Positions 21,954-33,207 of a DNA stretch of 33,207 bases are shown here, piece after piece. A model generated the notes under the pieces. That model had not been told where the DNA came from. It searched no databases and worked only from the letters and a program-made list of their open reading frames with translations. Origin of the DNA: Chiloscyllium plagiosum (Eukaryota). Position numbers and translations under genes: made by a program. The stretch covers positions 105,674,783 to 105,707,989 of the forward strand of contig NC_057718.1 of the NCBI RefSeq assembly GCF_004010195.1. Reading direction: 5' to 3'. Within the stretch, counting starts at the first letter, position 1. Each line of letters begins with the position of its first letter.

Positions 21954-22019
21954 TTTGATTTCTCTTTAGAGATGCTACCAAACCTGCTGAGCTTTGTCAG
22001 CAACTTCTGTTTGTGTTTC
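21918..22019 (+). mobile_element. PLE mini-insertion (family C) headed by a hammerhead motif
   Basis: Perfect 10-bp TSD tgatacacag (21908-21917, 22020-22029). Confidence 0.85.
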
Positions 22020-22069
22020 TGATACACAGGTCAGTTTTTTATATTAGTCAAGCTACGTTCAACACTCAC

Positions 22070-22248
22070 ATCAAGTCTGACCGGAAATGATTTAGAATTG
22101 CACAGAAAGCTAGTCCATTTCTCCATGATGTCGTGAAATTTGTGATCTTCACTCCTCTGTAGTTTTTTGTTACTTCTTTACACCAGGCAAGCAGTGACTG
22201 AGTGGCGTTTGGCTTTTTCCCCAGAACAGGACTTGGGATTGGGCTCGG
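22070..22248 (-). CDS. EHBP1: EH domain-binding protein 1, internal 179-nt coding exon (start of the calponin-homology domain)
   Basis: tttttttccttag|CCG...TTGAT|gtgagt; translates [59 protein letters not shown](I), with the CH-domain signature [20 protein letters not shown]. Confidence 0.95.
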
Positions 22249-23199
22249 CTAAGGAAAAAAAACAGAATAATAAAAAAGTTACGAAAATTAACACTAATTG
22301 ATCCAACTAGAAAGATTACAATTTTCTTATATCTGCCTCATTCTTCAATAATATTTAGTTTTTGCTAATCATTGTAAGAGATAATATTTATCCATCATCT
22401 AAATCCTATCTGCCGGCATTGATCTTGTAAAGCCAAGTCAGTATAGGTTACTAAGTATGTACACAGTAATAAGTCAAAAGCTATATGCAGTGATACATTT
22501 TGCCATTTGTGGGGTGAAGACCTCACACATTACCTCCTGTTACCTATAAAATAGCTGATATGTTTTGTAACCCTTTGTAAACGACATAATGCAAAGATAA
22601 AGTAATGAAGATTCATCCATGCATTTTTTTTCCAGCCAATTTTTAACAAGTTAAGTCACAATTCTTCATCTTTTAGGGAGCAAAATATATTGTCCACAAA
22701 GTGGAATTCTTGTGTTGAAAGTTTTACTGTTGGTGTGCTACTAAATTTTACGCAAATATACTAAACAGAGTAGTATATAATAACCAGTCAGATTTTCCAT
22801 CAGAATTACACGTAATATTGTTCAGTATTTTAATTAATAACAGTTTAGGACTCCTACTGTAAAATACATATTCCAGATTTAAAAATTACATTTACTGCCT
22901 TCAATCAAAACTTCAGCATTTAAAGCTGAAACATGAAAGCAAAATATCTGATATTATGTTTACAATTTATCATCTTCAATTTTTTCTTTTTATCAACACA
23001 TTCTGCCAGACCTCTTGGTAAGGCAACCCTAAATTAATAATAGTATCTATGTCTCCAATTTTTTGAATGCAATAAAATGTCTATTTATTAATCAAAAATG
23101 CACATAATGTAGTGCAAATCACTGCACCCATGATAAAACACTAATCATAGGTTGAAACATTATCAACTTAAATGTAATTATTGTTCCTCAGTGGATTTT

Positions 23200-23395
23200 A
23201 GAAAGAAAACCTTGCATTTCTATAGTACATTTCAGGACCTAAGAATGTACTCAAATGATTTTGTATTGTACTTGCCGTTTAAGTATAGCAAACTCTGCAA
23301 TCAATTTGCAGACAACAGCAAGCTCCCACAAACAGGAACGACTGGATAACCTAATGCTGTGATTTTATTGAGAACTAAAGCTTTGGTCACTTAGC
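23200..23395 (-). mobile_element. Ancient L2-tailed SINE remnant (DeuSINE/SacSINE1-like)
   Basis: ttgcatttctatag...caatttgcagacaacagcaagctcccacaaacag resembles the reverse-complemented 3' part of shark DeuSINEs (recalled, not aligned). Confidence 0.5.
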
Positions 23396-23425
23396 TAGGG
23401 ACTTAATGCACAAAAATAGTTTCTA

Positions 23426-23740
23426 GGGTGGCACAGTAGCGCAGTGGTTAGCACTGCTGCCTCACAGCACCAGGGACCCAGGTTTGATTCCACCTTCAGG
23501 CAACTGTCTGTATGGAGTCTCCCTGTGTCTGCATGGGTCCATAAGTGTGCAGGTTAGTTGGATTAGCCATACTAAATTGCCCAAAGTATCCAAGGATGTG
23601 TATGTTGTGTGGATTAGCCATGGGAAATACAGGCTTACAGGGATAGGGTAGTAGGGTGGATCTTGGTGGGATGCTCTTTGGAGTAACTGTGTGGACTCAA
23701 TGGGCGAATAGCCTGCTTCCACATTGTATGGATTATACGA
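23426..23740 (+). mobile_element. Older HE1-type V-SINE with internal deletions
   Basis: Collinear with 12025-12330 but CpG-decayed and missing most of the V-domain. Confidence 0.8.
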
Positions 23741-24749
23741 TCATTTTATGAAATTGAATAAAACAAAATTATAATATTATAATAGAATCCTCGGACTAAT
23801 TGTGAATGTTAGCTACATGGTTTGAAATACGCTCTTTATAGATTGCTTTCTCCATGAGTAAGACTTGTTGTCATAATTTGGTCATGAAAACAAAACCACT
23901 TTCAAATCAATATTTTAAAAGACTGTTTCAAAAGAACGTGGATGTTTAATCAGAAACGTAATTCACATCTAAGAAATCTGGTGTAGTGATTCAGAACAGA
24001 GCTTAAAGTAAATATCATAAATGCCCACTGTATCCATAAAACACAACAAACAGAAAATGTGTCAATTTAATAAAAGGTGACTATTAGAATATGATGAAGG
24101 TTGAGTATTAGAAAATGATTAAAAGGTTTTGAACCTTTACCATATCAGAAAGCTTAATTTCACTTTCCCATTTTATCTTCTCAGTACTGGTTAAATTTAA
24201 ACAAGACTGCATTACAGTTGTTTGTCAAATACTATCAAGATGAAACAACCAGAATACTTTAATTGTTGAGTAAAAATATTCTTTCAGTGATTGTCATTTA
24301 CTAATAAAAGATATGTAACATCTGCTGTGATTGTGGGTATGTTTGTCGATGTAACATCTCCTATGGAGATACATTTTACTTTATGTCTGTGGTAGTGTAG
24401 TTTTTAAAATCAAATAGGAGTCTGATTGATTGGGTTGTTTTGGACATAAACCCCCTCATATGGCCAACAAGTGCTACTACAGGTATACAGCATCAGGGTG
24501 AAGTTGTATTCTTTTATAGTGAACTTACTGCACATCTGATCATCATATTCCCCACACTGAAGTACTTCTGGTCAGGCAGTAACTTATTACTGTCAGTCAC
24601 AACACTAGGTAAATAAAGAGTGCGACTAATTGTTCAGCTGTTGTGAATAATATGTCCACAATGACTTAAAATAAGCAATGCTAATTCACTGAGCTGTATT
24701 GTTGCTTCATGTGCTTGCTGCAGTAAATATTCTATTAAGCATTTTAAAT

Positions 24750-27700
24750 ACATAGTTAATAAGGGAAACATTCCACTCCAGTAATGTCTCCTATCAATCC
24801 TCCTCCTCCTCTAACCAAACAAAAAAGGTTCTTTGCGTGGATTAGTAAGGTGACTAGTTTCTTTTTTTTGTAGTTTTTCAGTAGTTTCGTTGGGAATTTA
24901 GAATAGTGGGATTGGAGGTTAGGGCAGTTGAATGTTTCTACTGCAGAATGTGGAAGGTAAGGATCACCACTAGTGTCCCTGCTGACTTCACCTGTGGGAA
25001 GTGTACTTAACTCCAGCTCCTCGGAAAGCACGTTAGGGAACCGGAGCTGGAGCTGAATGAACTTTGGATCATTTGAGAGACAGAGGGAGTTATTGAGAGG
25101 AGTTATAGGGAGGTAGTCACACCTCAGGTAAAAGAAGAAGGTAGATGAGTTACCATCAAGGGACGGAAGGGAACTGGCAGACAGTGCAGGGATCCCCTGT
25201 GGCCGTTCTCTCAACGAGTATACCGTTTCGGATACTGTTGTGGGGGACAACCTACCAGGGGTAAGCAATGGGGCATAGGTCTCTGGCACAGAGTCTGTCC
25301 TGTTGCTCAGAAGGGAAGGGGGAAGAGGAACACAGCATTAGTCACTGGGGACTCCATAGTTAGGGGAACAGATACCAGGTTCTGTGGGAATGAGAGAGAC
25401 TCATGGTTGGTATGTTGCCTCCCACGTCCCAGGGTTCGTGATGTCTCGGATCATGTTTTCGAGATACTTGAGGGGGAGGGGGAGCAACTCCAAGTCTTGG
25501 TCCACATAGGCACCAACAACATTGGTAGGAAGAGAGATGGGGGGTTGAGGCAGAAATTCAGGGAGCTAGGATGGAAGCTTAGAGCTAGGACGAACAGAGT
25601 TGTCGTCTCTAGCTTGTTGCCCATGCCACGTGCTAGCAAGGCGAGGAGAGAGAAAAGTTGAACACGTGGCTACAGGGATGATGCAGTAGGATGGTTTTTG
25701 GACTCCTGGATCATTGGGGCTCTTTCTGGGGGTGGTGGGACCTCTACAGGGTGGTCTTCGCCTGAACCAGAGGGGTACCAATATCCTGGGGGCATATTTG
25801 CTAATGGTCTTTGGGTGGGTTTAAACTAATTCAGCAGGGGGATCAGAACTGAAATTGTAGTTCAAGTATACGGGAGGTTGAGAGTAGTGATGTCAGAACT
25901 AAGATTTCAAGATTGCATGAAGGTGAGCAAGAAGTTGGCTTGAAGTGTATCTACTCCAATGCCAGGTGCATCTGGAATAAGGTGGGTGAACGTGCCTGGG
26001 ATTTTGATGTTGTGGCCATTTCAGAGACATGGGTAGAGCAGGGACATGAATGGTTGTTGCAGATTTAGATGTTTCAGTAAGAACAGAGAAAATCGCAAAG
26101 GTGGGGGGGGGGACACTGTTTTTCAAGGACAGTATTACGGTTGCAGAAAGGACGTTTGAGGACTTGTCTACTGAGGTAGTATGGGCTGAGATTAGAAACC
26201 AGAAAGGAAAGGTTACCCTGTTGGGAGTTTTCTATAGGCCTCCAAATACTTCCAGAGATGTAGGGGCGAGGATTGCAAGGATAATCTTCAATAGAAGCAA
26301 GAGTGACAGGGTAGTTGTTACGGGGACTTTAACTTTCCAAATATTGACTGGAAATACTATAGTTCAAATGTGGGTCATTTTTTGTCCAATGTGTATAGGA
26401 GGGTTTCCTGAAACAGCATGTAGACAGGCCAACAAGGGGTGAGGCCACATTAGATTTGGTACTGGGTAATGAACCTGGCCAGGTGTTAAGATTTGGACGT
26501 AAGTGAGCACTTTGATGATAGTGACCACAATTCGGTTATGTTTACTTTAGTAATGGAAAGGGATGGGTATATACCGCAGGGCAAGAGTTATAGCTGGGGG
26601 AAAGGCAATTACGATGCAATTAGGCAAGATTTAGAATGCAGAGGATGGGGAAGGAAACTGCAGGGGATGGGCACAATTGAAATTTGGAGCTTATTCAAGG
26701 ACCAGCTACTGCGGGAGCCATGGTTTACTAAGGAAGTTGAATCTCTTGTCAAGAGGAAGAAGAAGGCTTATGTTAGGATGACATGTGATGGCTACATTAG
26801 GGCACTTGAGGATTACAAGTTAATCAGGAAAGACCTAAAGGGAGAGCTGAGAAGAACCAGGAGAGGGCATGAGGAGTCATTGGCAGATAGGATCAAGGAA
26901 AACCCTAAGGCTTTCCAAAGGTATATCAGGAATAAAAGAATGACTAATGTAAGATTAGGGCCAATCACACATAATAGTGGGAAGTTGTGCGTGGATTCAG
27001 AGCAGATAGGGGAAGTGCTACATGAATACTTTTCACAGTATTCACACTAGAAAAAGACAATGTTGTCAAGGAGAATACTGAGATGCAGGCTACTAGACGA
27101 GATGGGATTGAGGTGCAAAGGAGGAAGTGTTAGCAATTCTGGAAGGTGTAAAAATAGACAAGTCCCCTGGACCAGATGGGATTTATCCTAGGATTCTCTG
27201 GGAAGCCAGAGAGGAGACTGCCAAGCTTTTGGCTTTGATCTTTATGTCGTCATTGTCTACAGGAATAGTGCCAGAAGACTGGAGGATAGCAAATGTTGTT
27301 TTCTTGTTCAAAAAGGGGAGTAGAAACAACTCTGGAAATTATAGACCTGTGAGCCTTACTTCGGTTGTGGATATGGTGTTGGAAAAGTTATGAGTTAGGA
27401 TTTATAATCATCTAAAGAGGAATACGTTGATTAGGGATAGTCAACACGGTTTTGTGAAGGGTAGGTCGTGCTTCACAAACCTTATTGAGTTCTTTGAGAA
27501 GGTGACCAAATAGGTAGATGAGGGTAAAGTAGTTGATGTGGTGTATCTGGGCTTCAGTAAGGCATTTGATAAGGTTCCCCATGGTAGGCTATTGCATAAA
27601 ATACAGAGGCATGGGATTGAGGGTGATTTAGCTGTTTAGATCAGAAATTGGTTAGCTGGAAGAAGACAGAGGGTTGGTGGTTGATGGGAAATGTTCATCC

Positions 27701-28702
27701 TGGAGTTGAGTTAATGCTGGGGTAGTGCAAGGATGTGTTTTGGGTATACTGTCGTTTCTCTTTTTTATAAATGACCTGGATGAGGGCATAGAAGGATGTG
27801 TTAATAAATTTGCAGATGACACTAAGATCAGTAGAGTTGTGGATAGTGATGAAGGATGTTGTAGGTTACAGAGAGACATAGATAAGCTGCAGAGCTGGGC
27901 TGAGAGGTGGCAAATGAGTTTAATGCCAAAACGTGAGAGATGATTCACTTCAGAAGGAGTAACAGGAATGCAGAGTACTGGGCTAATGGTAAGATTCTTG
28001 GCAGTGTGGATGAGCAGAGAGATCTCGGTGTCCAGGTACATACAACCTTGAATGTTGCCACCCAGGTTGATAGGTTTGTTAAGAAGGCATATGGTGTGTT
28101 AGCTTTTGTTGGTAGAGGGTTTGAGTTTCAGAACCATGAAATCATGCTGTAGCTGTACAAAACTCTGGTGCGGCCACATTTGGAGTATTGCGTACAATCC
28201 TGGTGACCGCATTATAGGAATGATGTGGTAGCTTTGGAAAGGGTTCAGAGAAGATTAACTCAGGATGTTGTCTGGTATGGAGGGAATGTTTTATGAGGAA
28301 AGACTGAGGGCCTTGAGGCTGTTTTCATTAGAGAGAAGGTTGAGAGGTGACTTAATTGAGACATATAAGATCATCAGAGCATTCGACAGGGTGGACAATA
28401 AGAACCTTTTTCCTCAGATGGTGATGGCTAGCACAAGAGGACATAGCTTTAAATTGAGGGGTGATAGATATAGGACAGATGTCAGAGATAGTTTCTTTAT
28501 TCAGAGAGTATGAAGGCCGTGGAACGCACTGCCTGCAATAATAGAAGACTCGCCAACTTTAAGGGCATTTAAATGGTCATTGGACAGGCATATGGACAAG
28601 ATTGGAATAGTGTAGGTTAGATGGGCTTCAGATTGGTTCCAAAGGTCGGCACAACATCGAGGGCCGAAGGGCCTGTTACTGCGCTGTTATGTTCTATGTT
28701 CT
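24750..28702 (+). mobile_element. Essentially full-length decayed CR1 (zinc-finger/coiled-coil + esterase ORF1; EN/RT ORF2)
   Basis: ORF1 CFYCRMW..FTCGKC, LVTGDSIVRG, MVCCLP, HIGTNNIG; ORF2 GVFYRPPN, SDHNSV, KSPGPDGIYP, NYRPVSLTSV, KFADDTK; tail gttatgttctatgttct. Confidence 0.9.
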
Positions 28703-28829
28703 TAAAACAACTGGCTAGTATCGGTCAATCCTGTTTCAGCACATACAGTGCTTTTTGTCTCAGTAAGACTACAGGTGCCTGGTTTGTTGCTATTGAACAG
28801 ATTTCAATAATCTCACAATATTGTTATCA

Positions 28830-28970
28830 TACTTTTCAAATACTTCCAAGGTCTCACCCCCTCCTTAAATGTGTAACCTTCTCCACTAGCCTGACCAACC
28901 TTAGAGATGTCTTCTCGCCTCCAATTCTAGCCTCTTGCAAAGTCCCAATTTTAATCACTTCACTTTCACC
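28830..28970 (+). mobile_element. Ancient L2 fragment
   Basis: Similar to the 9905-10025 segment (ttcaaa...ccaattctagcctcttg...ttttaatca). Confidence 0.45.
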
Positions 28971-30009
28971 AGACTAATTTATTTTGAACAGCTCCAGCTC
29001 TTGTCAAACCTCATCAACCCATACTTGTTAATGAGTATCACAATTCTATTTTTTTTTTAACAAAATATACACATTCACAAAGAAAACTACCAAAAGTAAC
29101 TTTCCCTTGTTCAGTTCCTCTTTCCTTCTTGAAAACAAAAATTAGAAGCAGTAGATCATTCAGTCCACTTGAGCCCATTGTGCAGTTTAATAAGATCATA
29201 GCCGATCTGGTTGTGCCCTCGTCATCTACTCATCTGCCCTGAAAGTATCTGTTCTTTGCTGGAGATTAATTTAATTTCAAACCATTCCCAGCTGCTTGCC
29301 CACTGATTATTCTGTACATGCAAGTTTTGACAAGCTATGACAGCAAGTTTTATCCTGCCCTGAACTGTAAAGCACACAAAAACTCTTCCAATCAGGGGAC
29401 ATCAAAGAAGAATCAGGAGCCCTATTTCTCCTTGTGTAACCCTCTAGCTGCAAAAATGAATCCTCAATTCTTGTCCCAGCTGAAATCAGTTATTTCAGCA
29501 TCATCCAGGGATCAATTTGCAGACATTCCTCAATTGTACAGTTCAGTTATTAACTGCCAAACACACTTTACATTAAAGGAGACAAACAGATTCCAGAAGA
29601 TAACCAAATGACCAATTCTGTGAACTTTTAGACTGTATTAAACACAACTATAGATTATGCTCTGAGACTGAGAAGGTATTCAGACTTCAATAGAATTAAC
29701 AAAACAAATTGAACTGCACCATGTAATCTGTTAGCAAATGATTGATTACAGTATAACTCATTTCTTAACAAAATAATTTTGTTTCATATCACTTAGCCGT
29801 ATATAACAACATAATTAATGTATTTTTACAGGATGAATGTTACAATCCTACTTAATGAGCAAGTATCAAAACTTTCTGCACTAAACTGTCTGCATCTGGA
29901 CTCTGTCTAAGCAGTGGCATACTCCCATTAATCCCAGGGAAATACCAGTACATTACTGAAGAAGCCCCGGTAAATACTGGCACAATATTAAAAAAATGCA
30001 GGGGGATCT

Positions 30010-30018
30010 AAGATGGCG
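30010..30018 (+). promoter_or_regulatory. YY1 motif at the L1 5' end
   Basis: aagatggcg 10 bp from the element start; matches the YY1 consensus. Confidence 0.65.
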
Positions 30019-30185
30019 ACGATCTGAGAAGATCACACTGCAGAGCTTCGCATCGCAGCAGAAGCAGGATGGTCCTTTAACCCACCCAACTCAGGTCATC
30101 AGGATTTCTCGGGGGCGTTGGAAAGATTGCGGAGCCCCAAGAAATATTTAAAAATTGACTTACCTGTATTTTCAGCTGTCCAGAA

Positions 30186-30998
30186 ATGCCTAAAAAATTA
30201 GGAGGATCATCTGAGGCCGGGCCTGCAGCTCAGCCTGCAGCAGCCTCGGAGCAGATTACTCTCCAGGACCTGGTGAACCAGCTCTCGAAATCTCGTGAGA
30301 TGTTGGGGAAACAGATTGAAGAGAAGCTGGCTCCAGTCTCTCTCATGCTGCAGAAGCATGAGCAGCAGCTGGGAGACCTGGAGAAGAGGACGGATGAGGT
30401 GGAGCACAGGGTCACAGTGGTGGAAGCTGATGCCAGTTCATTCAATGAAGAGATCCAAGCCCTGAAGACGCAGGTTCATAATTTGCGTGACCAAGTGGCT
30501 GATCTTGAAAACAGGGATAGGAGAAAAAACATTTGGATCATCGGTCTGTCTGAGGGTAAGGAAGGTGAGCGGCCTGCGGAAATTGTTGAAGATTGGCTTC
30601 TGACATTCCTTGACTTGGAGACTGGCATGAGAGGATTGAAGATAGAGAGGGCTCACCGGGTCGCAGCACGGAGGTCAGGACTGGGGCAATGCCCTCGTCC
30701 TTTCCTGGTGTGGTTCCCTCATTACCGGGATAAGGAGAGAGTCATGGAGGCTTCCAGACTCCAGGGGAAGGATCCAAAGGCGCTAATTTACGAGGGGTCT
30801 AAGATCACGTTTTTTCAGGACTTTTCAGTGGCAGTGATCCAGAAACGAAAATCGTATGGTGTCAAGAGAAGACTGAAGGACCTTGGGATTCAGTACTCCC
30901 TGAGATATCCGGAAGTGCTTCAGATCACCTTAGATGGATCCATGCATCTCTTTGACAAATTGGAGAAAGCAAGAGACTTTGTGGACAAACTAACCTAA
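30186..30998 (+). CDS. L1 ORF1p (coiled coil, RRM, CTD), open 270 aa
   Basis: Heptad region LGDLEKRTDEVEHRVTVVE; DLENRDRRKNIWIIGLSEG, IERAHRV, ITFFQDFS and LRYP motifs. Confidence 0.88.
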   Translation: MPKKLGGSSEAGPAAQPAAASEQITLQDLVNQLSKSREMLGKQIEEKLAPVSLMLQKHEQQLGDLEKRTDEVEHRVTVVEADASSFNEEIQALKTQVHNLRDQVADLENRDRRKNIWIIGLSEGKEGERPAEIVEDWLLTFLDLETGMRGLKIERAHRVAARRSGLGQCPRPFLVWFPHYRDKERVMEASRLQGKDPKALIYEGSKITFFQDFSVAVIQKRKSYGVKRRLKDLGIQYSLRYPEVLQITLDGSMHLFDKLEKARDFVDKLT

Positions 30999-31588
30999 TT
31001 TAAACAATTGTAGTATGTATAAATATTGTTGCTTGGGTATGCGTTTATCATTCTGTAAAAGAAATGGAGGAAATCCGGTTGGAGCTTTGTTTTTCTCCTT
31101 TTTTTTCCTCTATTGATAATAATTTGGTTCAAACTATGTCTGGTGGTGGTTAAGATGTACATTTTAAATTTCTAAGTTAGGATGGGTGGGGTATTTATTC
31201 CTTTTTTTTAATAAAAGAATGCTTTTTTATTCATATTGATATTCTATGGGACGTTTATTCTTTTTAGCTTGTGCTTGCGATGCGCCTCTAGCTGGGAGAA
31301 GTGAAGGTGGTTGAGATGGTTAGATGCCTATTTATGGGCAGTTCAGTACGGGTAGTTGCCCCCTCCGGGCAGGGGGTGAGTTCCTCTACTCAGCGCTATT
31401 GGCGCTTTATATGTTGGTTTGTTTTCTGGTTTTTGTTGTTTTTTATTTTTAATAATTTTGTATGTTTGATAAATGTAGTGGTTTTAGTTTATGTAGTTTT
31501 TATATTTGGTGGACCATGCGACACTAAGGCTCAGCAATTTGTGGTAGGGTTCCTCCTCTCTGGAATTTAAATGTAATTGCAGAAGATT

Positions 31589-33207
31589 ATGGCTAATGAT
31601 TTGATTAAATGGTGTACCTGGAATGTCAAGGGAAGTCACTCACCAATTAAGAGAAAGAAGGTACTCTTGAGTTTTAGAAAGGAGAGGGTGGATATTGCTT
31701 TGTTACAGGAGGGGGAGATTTTAACTGCCTCATGGACCACATAGTAGACAGGTTGCCTAAAGGTCCCTCGATACCTTCTGCACAAACTAAACAGTTATTG
31801 GGTCTGTGTAGGGAATTAGGGTTGGGGGACATCTGGAGGTGTCTCCACCCTACAGGTAGGGATTTCACGTTCTTCTCCAATCCGCATAGATGTCACACGA
31901 GGATTGATTTTTTTCTGACCCCTGCGGTAACCCTGGATCTGGTGGCATCCTGTACGATTGGTAATATTGCCATCTCTGATCATGCTCCAGTGTACCTCAT
32001 GATTAAAATTAAGGATGTTACAGTGGATTCAAGGTACTGGTGAATGGACCCCTTTATGCTCATGGACAGCAAGTTTGTGGAGTATTTCTCTAGGGAATTT
32101 CGGGCATTCCTAGACATCAACATAGGCTCGGTTGATAGCTCATCTGTTCTCTGGGAAACTGCCAAAGCTTATGCCAAAAGGTTAGTTATTTCATATTCCA
32201 CAAGTAAGAAGCAGCAGAAGGGTGAGCAGCAATGTCTCCTTGAAGCACGGTTGAAGGCAGCCGAGAAGGCCTACTTTGACAGACCCTAGTTGGTCAAACT
32301 ACAGAGGATTACGGCACTGCGGTCTACACTAAATTCCATGCTCGTGCAGACGGCAAGGAAGGAGCTGGATTTTGCAAAGCAAAGGTTATACGAGCATGGT
32401 GGCAAGCCAGGCAAATGCTTAGCATACCTTGCCAGAAAGAGATGCGCCCCAGAAGCCATTACGGCGATTAGGGAAGGGTCTGGGAACCTAACATGTGATT
32501 CTAAAAAGATTAATGTGGCGTTCCATATTATAAGTTATATCAGTCTGAGAATTGTGAGGAGGGGCAGGCCAAAATGGAATTCTTTTTTAGAGATGTGAAG
32601 CTCCCGGATGTGACTCCTTTCTCAATGCCCCATTATCAGAGCAAGAAGTGCAGGAAGCTGTGAGGCAACTTCAGAGTGGAAAGGCGCCTGGTCCTGATGG
32701 ACTTCCCAGTGAATTCTATAAGGAATTTATAAGTATACTGTCAGGCCCGATGCTGAATGTGTTTAATGATTCATACAGTCATGTTTTTCTCCCACCATCT
32801 CTGAGAGAGGCCAATATTTCACTTATCCTTAAAAAAGGGAAGGATCTGGAAAACTGTGCTTCATACAGGCCCATCTCGCTCTTAAATGTGAACTTTAAGA
32901 TCCTCTCTAAGGCTCTTGCGTTAAGGCTGGAAACTGTGTTACCCTCTATTATTAAAGAGGATCAGACGGGCTTCATAAAGGGTCGCAGATCCTCCATTAA
33001 CGTTAGGAGGCTGCTTAACGTAATTCAAGCATGCCAACAGCAGTCAATACAGGGATTGGTGATTTCTTTAGATGCAGAGAAGGCATTTGACCGAGTTGAG
33101 TGGCCATACCTTTTCTATACTCTAGACCGGTTTGGTCTGGGCGAAGTTTTCATAAGATGGGTAAAGGTTCTCTACAGTGAACCTCTCGCTGCGGTCATTA
33201 TCAACGG
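31589..33207 (+). pseudogene. L1 ORF2 (EN + RT), disrupted
   Basis: MANDLIKWCTWNVKG, DIALLQE, GDFN, TRIDFF, SDHAPV, KAPGPDG, SYRPISLLN, DQTGF, SLDAEKAFDRV; stops at 32041 and 32288, frameshifts, EN deletion. Confidence 0.9.

Larger units (their letters stand above)
30001..33207 (+). mobile_element. 5'-complete L1 LINE, continuing beyond the window; antisense to EHBP1
   Basis: Starts gggggatctaagatggcg after a tt/aaaaaaa target-like site; 5' UTR, ORF1, ~590 bp T-rich spacer, ORF2. Confidence 0.9.

Noticed and set aside
22534..22543. Possible 10-nt microexon ttttatag|GTAACAGGAG|gtaatg on the minus strand
   Set aside because: Frame-shifting with a weak pyrimidine tract; cannot be distinguished from chance
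29318..29611. 97-aa plus-strand ORF in unique sequence
   Set aside because: No recognisable motif or splice support; antisense within an intron; chance length

Overview
Eukaryotic (cartilaginous fish, most likely a shark: HE1-type V-SINEs, CR1-dominated repeats) intronic DNA of the EHBP1 gene on the minus strand. Two coding exons (22070-22248 and 20774-20822, both missed or only partly caught by the ORF track) encode the first half of the calponin-homology domain. The rest is mostly nested, decayed retroelements: many CR1 LINEs (two near full length), L2, Rex1/Babar, a 5'-complete L1 with an open ORF1, HE1 SINEs, a possible solo LTR, and a Penelope-like element (PLE; RT + GIY-YIG). The most notable signal is a set of about 8 minimal type I hammerhead ribozyme motifs from three sequence families with compensatory stem changes. 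They are carried by the PLE 3' end and by 50-300 bp TSD-flanked mini-insertions, one of which starts at the predicted self-cleavage site. Also noted: a candidate alternative first exon just downstream of the 49-nt EHBP1 exon, and an inverted CR1 pair bracketing the frame-neutral 228-nt two-exon block. Family assignments come from motif recognition by eye, and repeat boundaries are approximate.
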